Part shown: piece after piece, positions 9,640 through 19,099 of the stretch
How positions within the stretch are numbered: position 1 is the stretch's first letter
Layout of the letters: the number at the start of each line of letters is the position of its first letter
DNA from: a bacterium
Lineage (GTDB): Bacteria > Vulcanimicrobiota > Xenobia > Xenobiales > JADMJV01
Assembly (NCBI GenBank): GCA_030149525.1
Contig: JASBRJ010000049.1
Location: 9,019 to 73,018 of the forward strand
Length of the DNA stretch: 64,000 nt
Direction of reading: 5' to 3'
Translations under genes and position numbers: made by a program
Notes under the pieces: generated by a model
What the model saw: the letters and a program-made list of their open reading frames with translations, nothing else
Told to the model about the DNA's origin: nothing
The model's database searches: none

Positions 9640-10571
9640 GCGGCCACCGGCTCCACTGGAACAGGGCCTGAACCATCCTTGTCGAGAGTAGCGGCAAACG
9701 GGCTGATGGCCCGGACCACACTACCAACCTGTTGTCGAGTGAGACCTTCTTTGCTCATCTTAACAGCCAGCATATCAAGATCAGTTACCAATCCCTCGCA
9801 GAGCGCCACCAGTCCGGCCGCCACATGACAGGTGTCTTGAGGCTGGTCCAGCACCAGAACATGATCCCCTAAATATTGGCGCCACACATTCTCCACTCGT
9901 CGCCGACCCTGGTCGGGTATCAGGAAGAAAGGATGATAGCTGCAGCTCAACTCATCGACGACTTGCTGTAACGGGATATCTCTCTCGATATCCGCGTCGA
10001 TAAGCGATTTTACCACCGACTTGGAGGTGGTCTTAAACGGCGGCTCGTCACCGGTCATAAAGAAGTAGCCTCGTTTGTTACGTCGCTCCATGCTGTCGGT
10101 GATGGTGTGTCGGGCGGCAAAATACATGGCAAGGTCGTAAGACTCTCCGCCGTTTCCTCCGCCTCGACCCTCCAACCAACTCCAGGTCAACCAGCGGTCA
10201 ATATCCTCCGCCGTGGACTCAAATTGCCCTACCTGTAGCGGACCACTGTCACAGAAGGCATCTCCGAAGGCGAGAAACATCACCTGAGGGTCGGTCACAC
10301 CCGAGGCAAGAAGGCCCTGCATGAAGTGGGGCAACTCGGTCTTGGCCAGAAGCTCGGGGATGGTTCCCATGGAGCCGGTAACATCCAGAGCGAAGACAAT
10401 GGGTAAAGAGTTCGGGTGATCCGCGCTGTCCCGGCTCTCTCTGAACTTCACACCATGCGGATTCATCAGGGGATGAACCTTTCGCTGGCGAAAGACCTCT
10501 TCCCGGCTCTTTGTGCTCCTGGTGGAAACAATCTCCTGATGCGCCTTGTAGCTGTAATCTCCGTATCCCAT
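9633..10571 (-). CDS. von Willebrand factor A (MIDAS) domain protein
   Basis: IVFALDVTGSM (DxTxS MIDAS), GGGNGGESY, FMTGDE. ATG at 10571 has a GAGG RBS; 7-bp overlap with the PurA-like start. Confidence 0.85.
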   Translation of the reverse strand: MGYGDYSYKAHQEIVSTRSTKSREEVFRQRKVHPLMNPHGVKFRESRDSADHPNSLPIVFALDVTGSMGTIPELLAKTELPHFMQGLLASGVTDPQVMFLAFGDAFCDSGPLQVGQFESTAEDIDRWLTWSWLEGRGGGNGGESYDLAMYFAARHTITDSMERRNKRGYFFMTGDEPPFKTTSKSVVKSLIDADIERDIPLQQVVDELSCSYHPFFLIPDQGRRRVENVWRQYLGDHVLVLDQPQDTCHVAAGLVALCEGLVTDLDMLAVKMSKEGLTRQQVGSVVRAISPFAATLDKDGSGPVPVEPVAAW

Positions 10572-10600
10572 ATGGGTTTCCTCACTTTCTTGTTCACGCA

Positions 10601-11425
10601 CTAGAGCGCGAACGGTACGAACCGAGGCGGACCAAATTCCGCCCTGGCAACTTTTTTAAGCTCCGACTGCAAATGATGGGGACGATCAAATTGGTAGGCC
10701 GACTCGGCCAGTTCACGGAGCGCCCTGGGAGCGCCGCTCCCCATCAACTCGGTCAGACAGCGACCACTGTCGGCAAGATCCTGGTGCGCTCCCATCACCG
10801 CCTCTCCCCAGCCACAAAAGGCCACTCCGTGGTCTCTCGGGTGAACCAGGAGATGTTCAGGCCGCAGTGCCCGATGGCTGTATCCCAAATCTCTCAAAAC
10901 TGTTATCTGGTCGAGAACCCGGCTCCAAATCCATACCAGCGCTGCAGGGTCAAGGCCGGTGGGTCTGCGCTTGCGAGCATAGGCAAGAGTATGGACAAAC
11001 CCGCTTCTCCATCCCGTTACCAGGACGGCTTTTCCACGCCAGGAGCCGAGCTTGAGCGGCTGGGGAAGCAATCTGTCTAAGTAGGAATTCCGGTGTTGAA
11101 GATGACGCAGGCTCGACCACTCAGACTCCAGTCGCTCGACATCCTCTGCCACCTTGAGAACGACTTGCCGGGTGGCCGCACAGGCTGTTCGCGCCAGCAG
11201 CACTTCAGAATGCCCACCAACAGCGATTCTGCCCCGAACTCGATAGCGCGCCGAACCCAACTCCACTTCAAAAAGTCCGGCTGGAACAAGCTCAGGCCGC
11301 GGCTCAGGAATTCGATATCCAAGGTCTACTGCAGGTTTATATTCGGTATCGCAATACAGACACAGATAGCCCGAAAGGGGGGCTCCGCAGTTGGAACAGG
11401 TCTTGGACAAAACATTTATGCTCAT
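10601..11425 (-). CDS. Zn-ribbon + protein kinase-like (probable pseudokinase)
   Basis: CSNCG...CLYCD zinc ribbon, IAVGGHSEV Gly-loop remnant, VVLK lysine, HRALRPEH in place of HRD, FCGW in place of DFG. Start is ATG 11425 or TTG 11410. Confidence 0.75.
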   Translation of the reverse strand: MSINVLSKTCSNCGAPLSGYLCLYCDTEYKPAVDLGYRIPEPRPELVPAGLFEVELGSARYRVRGRIAVGGHSEVLLARTACAATRQVVLKVAEDVERLESEWSSLRHLQHRNSYLDRLLPQPLKLGSWRGKAVLVTGWRSGFVHTLAYARKRRPTGLDPAALVWIWSRVLDQITVLRDLGYSHRALRPEHLLVHPRDHGVAFCGWGEAVMGAHQDLADSGRCLTELMGSGAPRALRELAESAYQFDRPHHLQSELKKVARAEFGPPRFVPFAL

Positions 11426-11434
11426 AATGAGCAT
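11418..11434. promoter_or_regulatory. Perfect 8-1-8 palindrome, candidate operator in a divergent region
   Basis: ATGCTCAT-A-ATGAGCAT lies at the 5' end of the kinase/vWA/PurA operon, about 100 bp upstream of the divergent HK/RR operon. Confidence 0.5.
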
Positions 11435-11535
11435 TATGCACAATTCGCCAAGACTTGTCAATTCTTCTCAAAAAGAGCATAAATATCTTAAAAGACGGCT
11501 CAAGGGACCCAATACTCTCCTCCGAATCCTTGGGT

Positions 11536-12735
11536 ATGAACTCCCGGAGAGCAAAAAATTGGCGAGAGCAACTCCGGGCGACGTTAGTCCAGGAGCCCTC
11601 GCTCATCAGTCTGACGTTGCGTTGGTTCGGTTGGTTCGTGGCTCTAGCTATCTACTTCCTCAACGCCGCGCCGACGGTGAACCTTGAAAACACCCCACCC
11701 GTCCTGGTCGTGACGTCCATCCATCTCTTTCTCATGAGCCTGTACCCGCGCCACATTAGAGGCCGACTCTCAAAGAAGCTCTCTCAGAAGGTCCCCGCCC
11801 TTTGGCCCGCCCTCGATGGAGTCATCGCCATCTGGTCTATCTACCAGACAGGAGGTTGGGACAGTCCTTTCTATCACTACGGAGTGACCGTAGTGCTCGC
11901 CCCTTCCCTTCAGTTCGGGCTTCTAGGCGCTCTTCTGTCCTCCACGGCCTTCTCCATAGCTTTCATGATCGTAGTGAAAATGACCGAGCAAGGCTTCAGT
12001 CCCGCCTACGCGGGCAACCAGGCTGAGCCGGATCTGGTAAGCAGCCCTCTCAACCCACTCATGATAGCCCTCTACGCCGCCTTCCTGGGAGAGGTTCTCA
12101 AGAAACTTCGCCGAGAGATGGAACGCTCAAAAATTCTTGCTGCTGAAAACGAGCGAGCCAGAATGGCAGCCGACATCCACGACGGCGTCTCTCAAACACT
12201 CTTCATGCTCAGCATGTCGTTGGAGACGGGCAAAGTTCTGGCTCAAAAAGAAAAGGCCGACAAAACCGCGGTTCACCTGGAGAAATTGGTCCCGGTAGCT
12301 CAGAAGGCTCTAGTGGAGCTGCGCAACGCCATGTATAGCGTGGAGCCCTTGGCCGAGGGAAAACAGACTTTAGCCGAAGCGGTGACTCAGCTGGCCCGCG
12401 ACTATCGATCGGCCACGGGTAAAGACGTTGAATGCTGCTCAGAAGACGGTTTTAGCTGCTCGACGCAACTCTCATCCGAGCTCTTCAGAATGACCCAGGA
12501 GGCTCTCTCCAATGCCTGTCAGCATAGCGGCGGAGACAAGATCAAAGTGTTGCTCTCGAACCGTTCCATCCAGGTTGTCGACAACGGCAAAGGGTTCGAC
12601 CGGGCCTCCATCAAGCCAGGTCGGGGGCTGGGGAACCTCGAAAAGCGTGCCCACGAGCGAGGAATTGCGCTGGAGCTTTCAAGCGGCGACGAGGGCACAA
12701 CCGTGACCTTCACATGGAATGAGGACGAACCGTGA
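11536..12735 (+). CDS. Membrane sensor histidine kinase (HisKA_3, NarX/LiaS type)
   Basis: Several TM helices, ERARMAADIHDGVSQ H-box, QEALSNACQHS N-box, DNGKGFD, GRGLGNL. Likely start ATG 11536. Confidence 0.92.
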   Translation: MNSRRAKNWREQLRATLVQEPSLISLTLRWFGWFVALAIYFLNAAPTVNLENTPPVLVVTSIHLFLMSLYPRHIRGRLSKKLSQKVPALWPALDGVIAIWSIYQTGGWDSPFYHYGVTVVLAPSLQFGLLGALLSSTAFSIAFMIVVKMTEQGFSPAYAGNQAEPDLVSSPLNPLMIALYAAFLGEVLKKLRREMERSKILAAENERARMAADIHDGVSQTLFMLSMSLETGKVLAQKEKADKTAVHLEKLVPVAQKALVELRNAMYSVEPLAEGKQTLAEAVTQLARDYRSATGKDVECCSEDGFSCSTQLSSELFRMTQEALSNACQHSGGDKIKVLLSNRSIQVVDNGKGFDRASIKPGRGLGNLEKRAHERGIALELSSGDEGTTVTFTWNEDEP

Positions 12736-13400
12736 TAAGGATCATGTTGGTCGACGACCACGATATGGTGAGAGCCGGTTTAAGAACGGCTATCGAGATT
12801 GAAGACGACATGGAGGTCGTGGCAGAGGCCTCCAGCGGCGAAGAGTGTCTGGACCAACTGCCGTCGGTTGCCGTCGATGTCATTCTCATGGATGTGATGA
12901 TGGAAGGCCTGGGAGGTGTGGAAGCCTGCCGCCTGGTCAAAGAACGAGGTCAGCGACCGAGAGTTCTCATGCTCACCTCCTCTTCGGACGAACAGGCGGT
13001 TCTCTCCTCATTAGTGGCCGGGGCCAACGGCTATCTCCTTAAAAATGTTGGTCGAGACGAGCTGTTACGCAGTATCCGGGCTGCCAACGACGGTCAGACA
13101 ACTCTAGATCAGAACGTCACAGCCCTGGTCACCAAGCAGCTCATGAGCCTCTCTCAAGGGCAGGGTGAGTCCGGTTTGAGTGGGCAACTGGAAGAGAACC
13201 CCCTTTCCGAGCGAGAGATGGATGTTATCGGCCTCATCGCTCAGGGGAAAACCAACAAGGAGATCGCAGCGGAGTTGATCATCGCCGAAAAAACGGCTCG
13301 AAATCATGTCAGCCGGATCCTCACTAAACTTGGTCTCACTCGCCGAAGTCAGGCCGCCGCCTGGGCCATCAAGGCCGGTCTCTACGATGAAGAGGTCTAA
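12732..13400 (+). CDS. NarL/LuxR-family response regulator
   Basis: IMLVDDH, DVILMD, MLTS, GYLLK receiver; LSEREMDV...NKEIA...TARNHVSRILTKLG HTH. GTGA overlap with the HK. Confidence 0.95.
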   Translation: MIRIMLVDDHDMVRAGLRTAIEIEDDMEVVAEASSGEECLDQLPSVAVDVILMDVMMEGLGGVEACRLVKERGQRPRVLMLTSSSDEQAVLSSLVAGANGYLLKNVGRDELLRSIRAANDGQTTLDQNVTALVTKQLMSLSQGQGESGLSGQLEENPLSEREMDVIGLIAQGKTNKEIAAELIIAEKTARNHVSRILTKLGLTRRSQAAAWAIKAGLYDEEV

Positions 13401-13403
13401 GTC

Positions 13404-14336
13404 ATGAGTGTTCAACCACGAGTTTCGGTGGTCGTACCCGCCTTTAACGAGGCGAACTCTCTTCCCACCCTTTGCCGAAGAATCGATCAGATTCTCACCC
13501 AAGAATTGGGTGAGACCTACGAACTGATTCTGGTCGACGACGGCTCCATCGATAACACCTGGGACTCCATCCAGCGGCTCACCGAGCAATTCCCCGTTCA
13601 CGGACTCAGACTGAGCCGCAACTTCGGCAAGGAGTCGGCTCTCTGTGCCGGCATCGAAATGGCGCAAGGAGAGGTGGTCGTTTCCATGGACGGCGACCTG
13701 CAGCACCCTCCGGAACTCCTGGCTTTGATGATTGAGAAATGGAGAGAAACGGGCTGCGATCTCGTTGAGGCTGTGAAAACGAGGGCGCAGAACGAAGGGA
13801 CAGTTTCAAGACTTCGCGCCAAGATTTTCTACAAGGTCTTCTCCGTTCTCTGCGGCTTCGACCTGAGCGGCATGACCGATTACAAGCTACTGACTCGCTC
13901 GGCCCGAGAAGCCTGGCTGAATATGCCGGAAAGAACTCTCTTCTTTCGAGGAATGACCAACTGGATCGGCTTCCACCGTGAAACCGTTCAGTTTCAGGTT
14001 CCCGATATTGAGGATCGGCACAGCCGGTGGTCTTTCACCGGACTCCTGCGCTACGCTCTCCGCAACATCACCGCGTTCACCGCCGTTCCGCTCTACCTCT
14101 TCGCTTTTCTTGGCCTTTTCTTTCTCTTTCCAGCCGCCATACTCGCACTCGACACTCTTCGTCGTTGGTTTCAGGGAGTGGCGGTGGAAGGCTTTACTAC
14201 GGTCATCATTCTGGTTCTGCTGGTGGGAGGTCTGAACTTCATCGGCTTGTCCGTGCTTGGCCTTTATCTGGGAAGGGTCTATGAAGAGGTCAAACAACGG
14301 CCGCGATACATCATCAGGGCTCGCACCGACCGGTGA
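13404..14336 (+). CDS. Glycosyltransferase family 2 (GtrB/ArnC-like, two C-terminal TMs)
   Basis: VVVPAFNE, LVDDGSxD, RNFGKESA, MDGDLQHPP, EVKQRPRYI. Confidence 0.92.
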   Translation: MSVQPRVSVVVPAFNEANSLPTLCRRIDQILTQELGETYELILVDDGSIDNTWDSIQRLTEQFPVHGLRLSRNFGKESALCAGIEMAQGEVVVSMDGDLQHPPELLALMIEKWRETGCDLVEAVKTRAQNEGTVSRLRAKIFYKVFSVLCGFDLSGMTDYKLLTRSAREAWLNMPERTLFFRGMTNWIGFHRETVQFQVPDIEDRHSRWSFTGLLRYALRNITAFTAVPLYLFAFLGLFFLFPAAILALDTLRRWFQGVAVEGFTTVIILVLLVGGLNFIGLSVLGLYLGRVYEEVKQRPRYIIRARTDR

Positions 14337-15205
14337 GACTGAGAGTTCACGCCGACGACCTGGGAGTCTGTCCAGCAGTTACCGACTCTATTCTTCAAGC
14401 TCACGCAGACGGTGTTCTCCAAAGTTGCAGTCTGTTGGTGAATACGGTTGGAACTCACGACGCCCTGGAGAAGATAAGAGGCTTTCCCAAACTCCAACTG
14501 GCTCTGCATTTAAACCTGATCGAGGGGGCTCCCCTTTGCCTTCCTTCCCAGGTGCCGGATCTGGTGAACCGGAACGGGCTGTTCAAAGGAACTCTAAGCT
14601 CACTTGTGAGCCACGGAATCCGCCCTTTTGGCAAGAATATCGAAGAACAGCTCAGGAGAGAGCTACGAGCTCAGTTCCTATTTTTCACCGATCACCTGGG
14701 GCCGCCCCAATGGGTTGATAGCCACCTTCACCTCCACGCTTTGCCCTGGGTTTACCCCATCGTACAGAGCCTCTGCCTGGAGTTCGGTGTAGGACAGATC
14801 CGAATGCCTCGACGCTTCGTTTTCCTGGACGGATTCGGCACGGAGAAACGCCCTGTTCAGACCCTGAAATCCGTGATTCTCAGCGGGCTCTCTCAGTGGT
14901 TTCGCATGCGAGGAGCCGCGGCCAAAGACGATTATGTCTTTACCGGAGTTCTCTCAACCCAAGCCGTGAACCAAGCCCTGACAAAAATCCCGCCGAGTTC
15001 CAGTGTGGAGCTTCTCTTCCATCCCGGTGCGCCCCCCGAAAACGAAAACCAACTCGCCCACCACCCTGCCTATCTACGAGAGGTCCACTTTCGACCCGCC
15101 CGGGCTTTGGAACGTGAGGTCTTGTCGTCCACTCAGTTCCGCGACGTTCTGCAAAGCTGGGGCCACCAAGGTGAGTCATCCCAAGAGAAGAAGCAAACCT
15201 TATGA
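14333..15205 (+). CDS. ChbG/HpnK/YdjC-family carbohydrate deacetylase
   Basis: HADDLG, LHLNL, DSHLHLH, ELLFHPG, E at the RALERE motif. Confidence 0.88.
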   Translation: MRLRVHADDLGVCPAVTDSILQAHADGVLQSCSLLVNTVGTHDALEKIRGFPKLQLALHLNLIEGAPLCLPSQVPDLVNRNGLFKGTLSSLVSHGIRPFGKNIEEQLRRELRAQFLFFTDHLGPPQWVDSHLHLHALPWVYPIVQSLCLEFGVGQIRMPRRFVFLDGFGTEKRPVQTLKSVILSGLSQWFRMRGAAAKDDYVFTGVLSTQAVNQALTKIPPSSSVELLFHPGAPPENENQLAHHPAYLREVHFRPARALEREVLSSTQFRDVLQSWGHQGESSQEKKQTL

Positions 15206-16182
15206 CCCGACGCAGAGAAGAACTTGTATCGGCCCCAAACCTGGACTACCCCACTTTCACCAAGGTCCAGTACCAGGTCTTTCATGAGTTGGTCAAAGCC
15301 CAGGGCGCCGACCTCTCCTATATCACGGAAGAGTTCTATCGCTGGAAATACAACCCGCCCGCAGGCTCCGGCAAGACCGCCGTCATTTATCTGGACGACG
15401 AGATGAGCGCCGTCAACTCCATGTATCCCTTTCAGATCCGCTCACCCTTCGGTCTACACAAAGGTTGGCAATCCTGTGATACGGCCACCATGCCTCAAGC
15501 ACGAGGCCAGGGGTGTTTTTTCAGTTGCATCAGTCAGCTCAAGAGTTCTTTAGCTCAGGAAGCCTTGTTTTTCGGTTTTCCCAATCAGAATTCCAAGAGG
15601 GGATTCGAGAAGCTGGGATGGAGTGTATGGCGGGAAGTCGACACCTGGGTCTTTCCTCTCGTCCTGGCCCGGAACCCTCAGCCGACAAGTCTTCAGGAGT
15701 TTGAGAAATTCGGAGAAGCTGTCGATCATCTCAATTTGCAGATTGCTTCTCAAGGATTAACTTATCTGGATCGCAACGCTGCCTATCTCAACTGGCGCTA
15801 TCTCCAGCATCCCCAAGTGAAGTACCGAATCTTGGCCTGGGTGGAGAACGAGCAATGGCTCGGCTTCGTGGTCACACGTGAAGCCCAGGTGAAAGGGCGA
15901 CGCTTTTTGTTCATCATGGAACTCTGGTCACTCACTCCAGAGTTGGAGAGAGCCTTGCTCTCTGCTTGCGTCAGCGTGGCGGCCCAGCAAAAACTCCGCC
16001 ATGTGCTGCTTTTTGACAGCGGTCATAACGACTGGGCCAAGTGGAGCAGTGGTTTTCTCCGCATACCTCGCCGCTTTCTCCCCAAGCGCCAACTCCTCAT
16101 GGGAGAAGTGGTGGGCTATTCCAATGCGCCGCTTCAGCACATGAATTGGCGCACTCAACTTGGAGATTGGGACGCCTTCTAA
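15202..16182 (+). CDS. GNAT-family N-acetyltransferase
   Basis: WKYNPP, DTATMPQARGQG, FGFPNQNSKRGFEKLGW, YLNWRY, LGDWD. Confidence 0.8.
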   Translation: MTRRREELVSAPNLDYPTFTKVQYQVFHELVKAQGADLSYITEEFYRWKYNPPAGSGKTAVIYLDDEMSAVNSMYPFQIRSPFGLHKGWQSCDTATMPQARGQGCFFSCISQLKSSLAQEALFFGFPNQNSKRGFEKLGWSVWREVDTWVFPLVLARNPQPTSLQEFEKFGEAVDHLNLQIASQGLTYLDRNAAYLNWRYLQHPQVKYRILAWVENEQWLGFVVTREAQVKGRRFLFIMELWSLTPELERALLSACVSVAAQQKLRHVLLFDSGHNDWAKWSSGFLRIPRRFLPKRQLLMGEVVGYSNAPLQHMNWRTQLGDWDAF

Positions 16183-16264
16183 TAAGAATAGTCCAGGAGA
16201 AACCAAGCAGTAGCTCCTATAGCACGTTAAAAGGTGAATAGGCGATAGAGTCAAACTCAGTTCG

Positions 16265-18436
16265 GTGTCTGAACAACGCGGTCGTTTCGGTACGTTTGAA
16301 GGAGTCTTCACTCCCAACGTGCTCACAATTCTGGGCCTCATCCTCTTCTTACGCACAGGATGGGTGGTAGGCCAGGCTGGTCTTTACAGTGCCCTGGCCA
16401 TTGTTCTTCTGTCGGCCAGCATCACCCTGATCACGGGGCTTTCCCTTTCGGTTATCGCCACCAGCCTGAGAGTCGGTGCCGGAGGCACGTATTATGTCAT
16501 TTCTCGAACCCTGGGAGCCGAAGCAGGGGGTGCCATCGGGATCCCTCTCTACCTGTCGCAGGCGGTTTCAGTAGCTTTCTACATCATCGGTTTTACCGAC
16601 GGACTAACAGCCACATTTCCAGACCTGGATGCACGGCTCACCTCCACGGCGGTCGCTCTGACCTTCGCGGCGTTGGCTTGGATCGGAGCCGACTTCGCCT
16701 TTAAGATCCAAAATCTCATTCTGGTGGTGCTTGGTGCCTCGATCGTCTCATTCTTCGCGGGCGGATGGTCCACAATCCAATCTCCCCTGCTCACCCCTGC
16801 CTACACGGTAGGCAACAACTTCTGGACGGTTTTCGCCGTTTTCTTCCCCGCCGTCACCGGTATCGCCGTGGGCGCCAGCATGTCGGGGGATTTAAAAAAT
16901 CCCGCCGAGAGTATTCCCAAAGGCACCCTTTACTCCATCGCCGTCTCTACTGTCATCTACGTGCTGACCGTCGTCTGGCTGGCCTTTCATGGGCCTCGTG
17001 AGAATCTGCTCGCCAACACGATGGTGATCAAAGACATCGCCTATTGGCCGACTCTCATACTGGCCGGAATCTACGCAGCCACCCTGAGCAGTGCCCTGGG
17101 GAGCATCCTGGCTGCGCCCCGAACTCTGGAAGCCCTATCTAACGACGAGGTCTTGCCGGAGACCTTCAAATCCAGACTCGGTAGCAAAACCGAGCCCCGT
17201 ATGGGTGTTCTCATCACCACCGTCATCACACTCGTTACGATCTGGGCAGGCGATCTCGACTTGGTTGCCCCTGTGATTACCATGTTCTTCCTCAACACCT
17301 ACGGCATGACGAATCTTGCTGCAGGCGTTCAGCTTCTAGTCGACAATCCGAGTTTTCGACCCAGCTTCAAGATTCCGTGGTGGCTGGCTTTCGTCGGCGT
17401 GTTCGGCTGCTACGGAACCATGTTTTTGATCAACACCCCGGCCACCATCGTTGCCATCATCATCAGTGCGGCTATCTATCTTCAATTGGAGCGACGCTCC
17501 CTCACCAAGACATGGGGGGACGTTCGAAGCGGCTTCTGGTTCGCCGTAGCCAGGCGAGCCCTGGTACAGCTAGAGACGGTCACCTGGCATGTCAAGAACT
17601 GGCGCCCCAGTATTCTGGTCTTCACAGGTCAGCCTCACAACCGAGAGCACCTGGTTGAAATGGCCGAGTGGCTCAGCACGGGAAAAGGGATCGTCACGTT
17701 CGTACAGCTCGTGCCGGGCAACCCCGAAAACCTCATGAGATCCGGTCAGATCGATAAGGCCCGAGAGGAGATTCAAGCCTACATCAAAGATCGAGGTTTG
17801 CAGGCCTTCGGTGCCAGTGTGGCTGCCGAGAGCTTCAAATCCGGTGCCGATGTCATTATGCAGAGTCACGGGGTGGGAGGCTTGAGTTCGAACTCTATCC
17901 TTATGGGAATGGGCGGAGAAGCCAAGGGGCTGACAGTGCAGATGCACAAGGTTCGCCGCGCTGCTCTTTTCGGCAAATCCGTTCTTATGCTCCGATACCA
18001 CGAAGAGCGGGGCTGGGGCTCCTACAGCACCATCGACGTATGGTGGGGTGGAATGGGCTCTAACGCGCCTCTCATGCTGCTTCTTGCTCACCTGATTCAA
18101 ACCCACCCGGACTGGAGGGACGCCACGATCCGTCTGCTCCAAGTGGTCCAACACGCTGACCAGAAAGAGGCCGCACTGGTGGAGCTTAACCGTCTTTTGG
18201 AAGATGTCCGAGTCCAGGCGGAGCCCACTGTCATTGTGAAAGAAGACGGGCAGACCGTGGGCGAGATCATTCGCCGGCAAAGTACACCCACCGATCTCGT
18301 CTTTCTCGGTCTGCAAGCTGTGGAGGAAGATGAGGCGGAAGACTATGCTAAGTCTCTCATCGAACTAACCAAAGATGTCGGCTCCAGCCTAATTGTGCAT
18401 AGCCTTGCCGGGGGTGAGATTCTCCAGACCTCTTAG
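16265..18436 (+). CDS. Amino-acid permease / SLC12 cation-chloride cotransporter family
   Basis: FGTFEGVFTP, LFLRTGWVVG, GGTYYVISRTLG, FFPAVTG, NWRPSILV, IDVWWGG. Confidence 0.92.
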   Translation: MSEQRGRFGTFEGVFTPNVLTILGLILFLRTGWVVGQAGLYSALAIVLLSASITLITGLSLSVIATSLRVGAGGTYYVISRTLGAEAGGAIGIPLYLSQAVSVAFYIIGFTDGLTATFPDLDARLTSTAVALTFAALAWIGADFAFKIQNLILVVLGASIVSFFAGGWSTIQSPLLTPAYTVGNNFWTVFAVFFPAVTGIAVGASMSGDLKNPAESIPKGTLYSIAVSTVIYVLTVVWLAFHGPRENLLANTMVIKDIAYWPTLILAGIYAATLSSALGSILAAPRTLEALSNDEVLPETFKSRLGSKTEPRMGVLITTVITLVTIWAGDLDLVAPVITMFFLNTYGMTNLAAGVQLLVDNPSFRPSFKIPWWLAFVGVFGCYGTMFLINTPATIVAIIISAAIYLQLERRSLTKTWGDVRSGFWFAVARRALVQLETVTWHVKNWRPSILVFTGQPHNREHLVEMAEWLSTGKGIVTFVQLVPGNPENLMRSGQIDKAREEIQAYIKDRGLQAFGASVAAESFKSGADVIMQSHGVGGLSSNSILMGMGGEAKGLTVQMHKVRRAALFGKSVLMLRYHEERGWGSYSTIDVWWGGMGSNAPLMLLLAHLIQTHPDWRDATIRLLQVVQHADQKEAALVELNRLLEDVRVQAEPTVIVKEDGQTVGEIIRRQSTPTDLVFLGLQAVEEDEAEDYAKSLIELTKDVGSSLIVHSLAGGEILQTS

Positions 18437-18546
18437 GATGGTTTTTACATTTTGTTAACCTGAAATGTGACAAATACGACATTCGTAGCGATAGAAAAAT
18501 CGGAAAATAAGGTCAAGAAACCACGAAAGCTCACCGAGGTAAAACC

Positions 18547-18882
18547 ATGACCGAACATCTCACTGATACCCGACCGAAACTCCCCCAAATCAACTCTCTT
18601 GATAGAAGAAGCCGCCCGCGTAAATCGCTGAAAGCTGAAATCCTGACCTTCTGGAACGATGCCCGTTTTCGGCGCTCTCCGGTTATCGACTGCACCCCCG
18701 ACGGGGCCCGAGTGATTCTCAACCACCCGGTAGAGAAAAATGAAACGATCGGTGTGATCATCGAAACCTCGGGGCAGCGAGTTCGAACTTTTGCCCGAGT
18801 TGCTTGGGTCAAACAGTGGAACAGCACCAGCCAGATCGCAGGCCTTGAATTTATGAAACTCGATTATACCCTGGCCTGCTAA
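18547..18882 (+). CDS. Stand-alone PilZ domain protein (c-di-GMP receptor)
   Basis: DRRSRPR (RxxxR) and IDCTPDGA (DxSxxG-like). GAGG RBS upstream. Confidence 0.8.
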   Translation: MTEHLTDTRPKLPQINSLDRRSRPRKSLKAEILTFWNDARFRRSPVIDCTPDGARVILNHPVEKNETIGVIIETSGQRVRTFARVAWVKQWNSTSQIAGLEFMKLDYTLAC

Positions 18883-19099
18883 AGCGCTGTGCAGGTTCAA
18901 ACCTCCGGCCTCATCAGAAGCCGTTGGAGTGTGCCGAAAGCCGCCCTGGGGCGAAAACTTGTGCGAGAAGTTATATGCGGGGGTATAATGTTCACTTTCT
19001 AGAAACCTCTCAGCCCGACTCTGCAAGTAAGTTAGGATTCGCCGTACCATCCACTCACTAACTTCGGATGATGCTCAACATAGACCCAAGGAGACTCCC

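Noticed and set aside
18890-18915. GGTTCAAACC resembling a tRNA T-loop
   Set aside because: No acceptor, D or anticodon stems can be formed, and the upstream sequence is the PilZ CDS.
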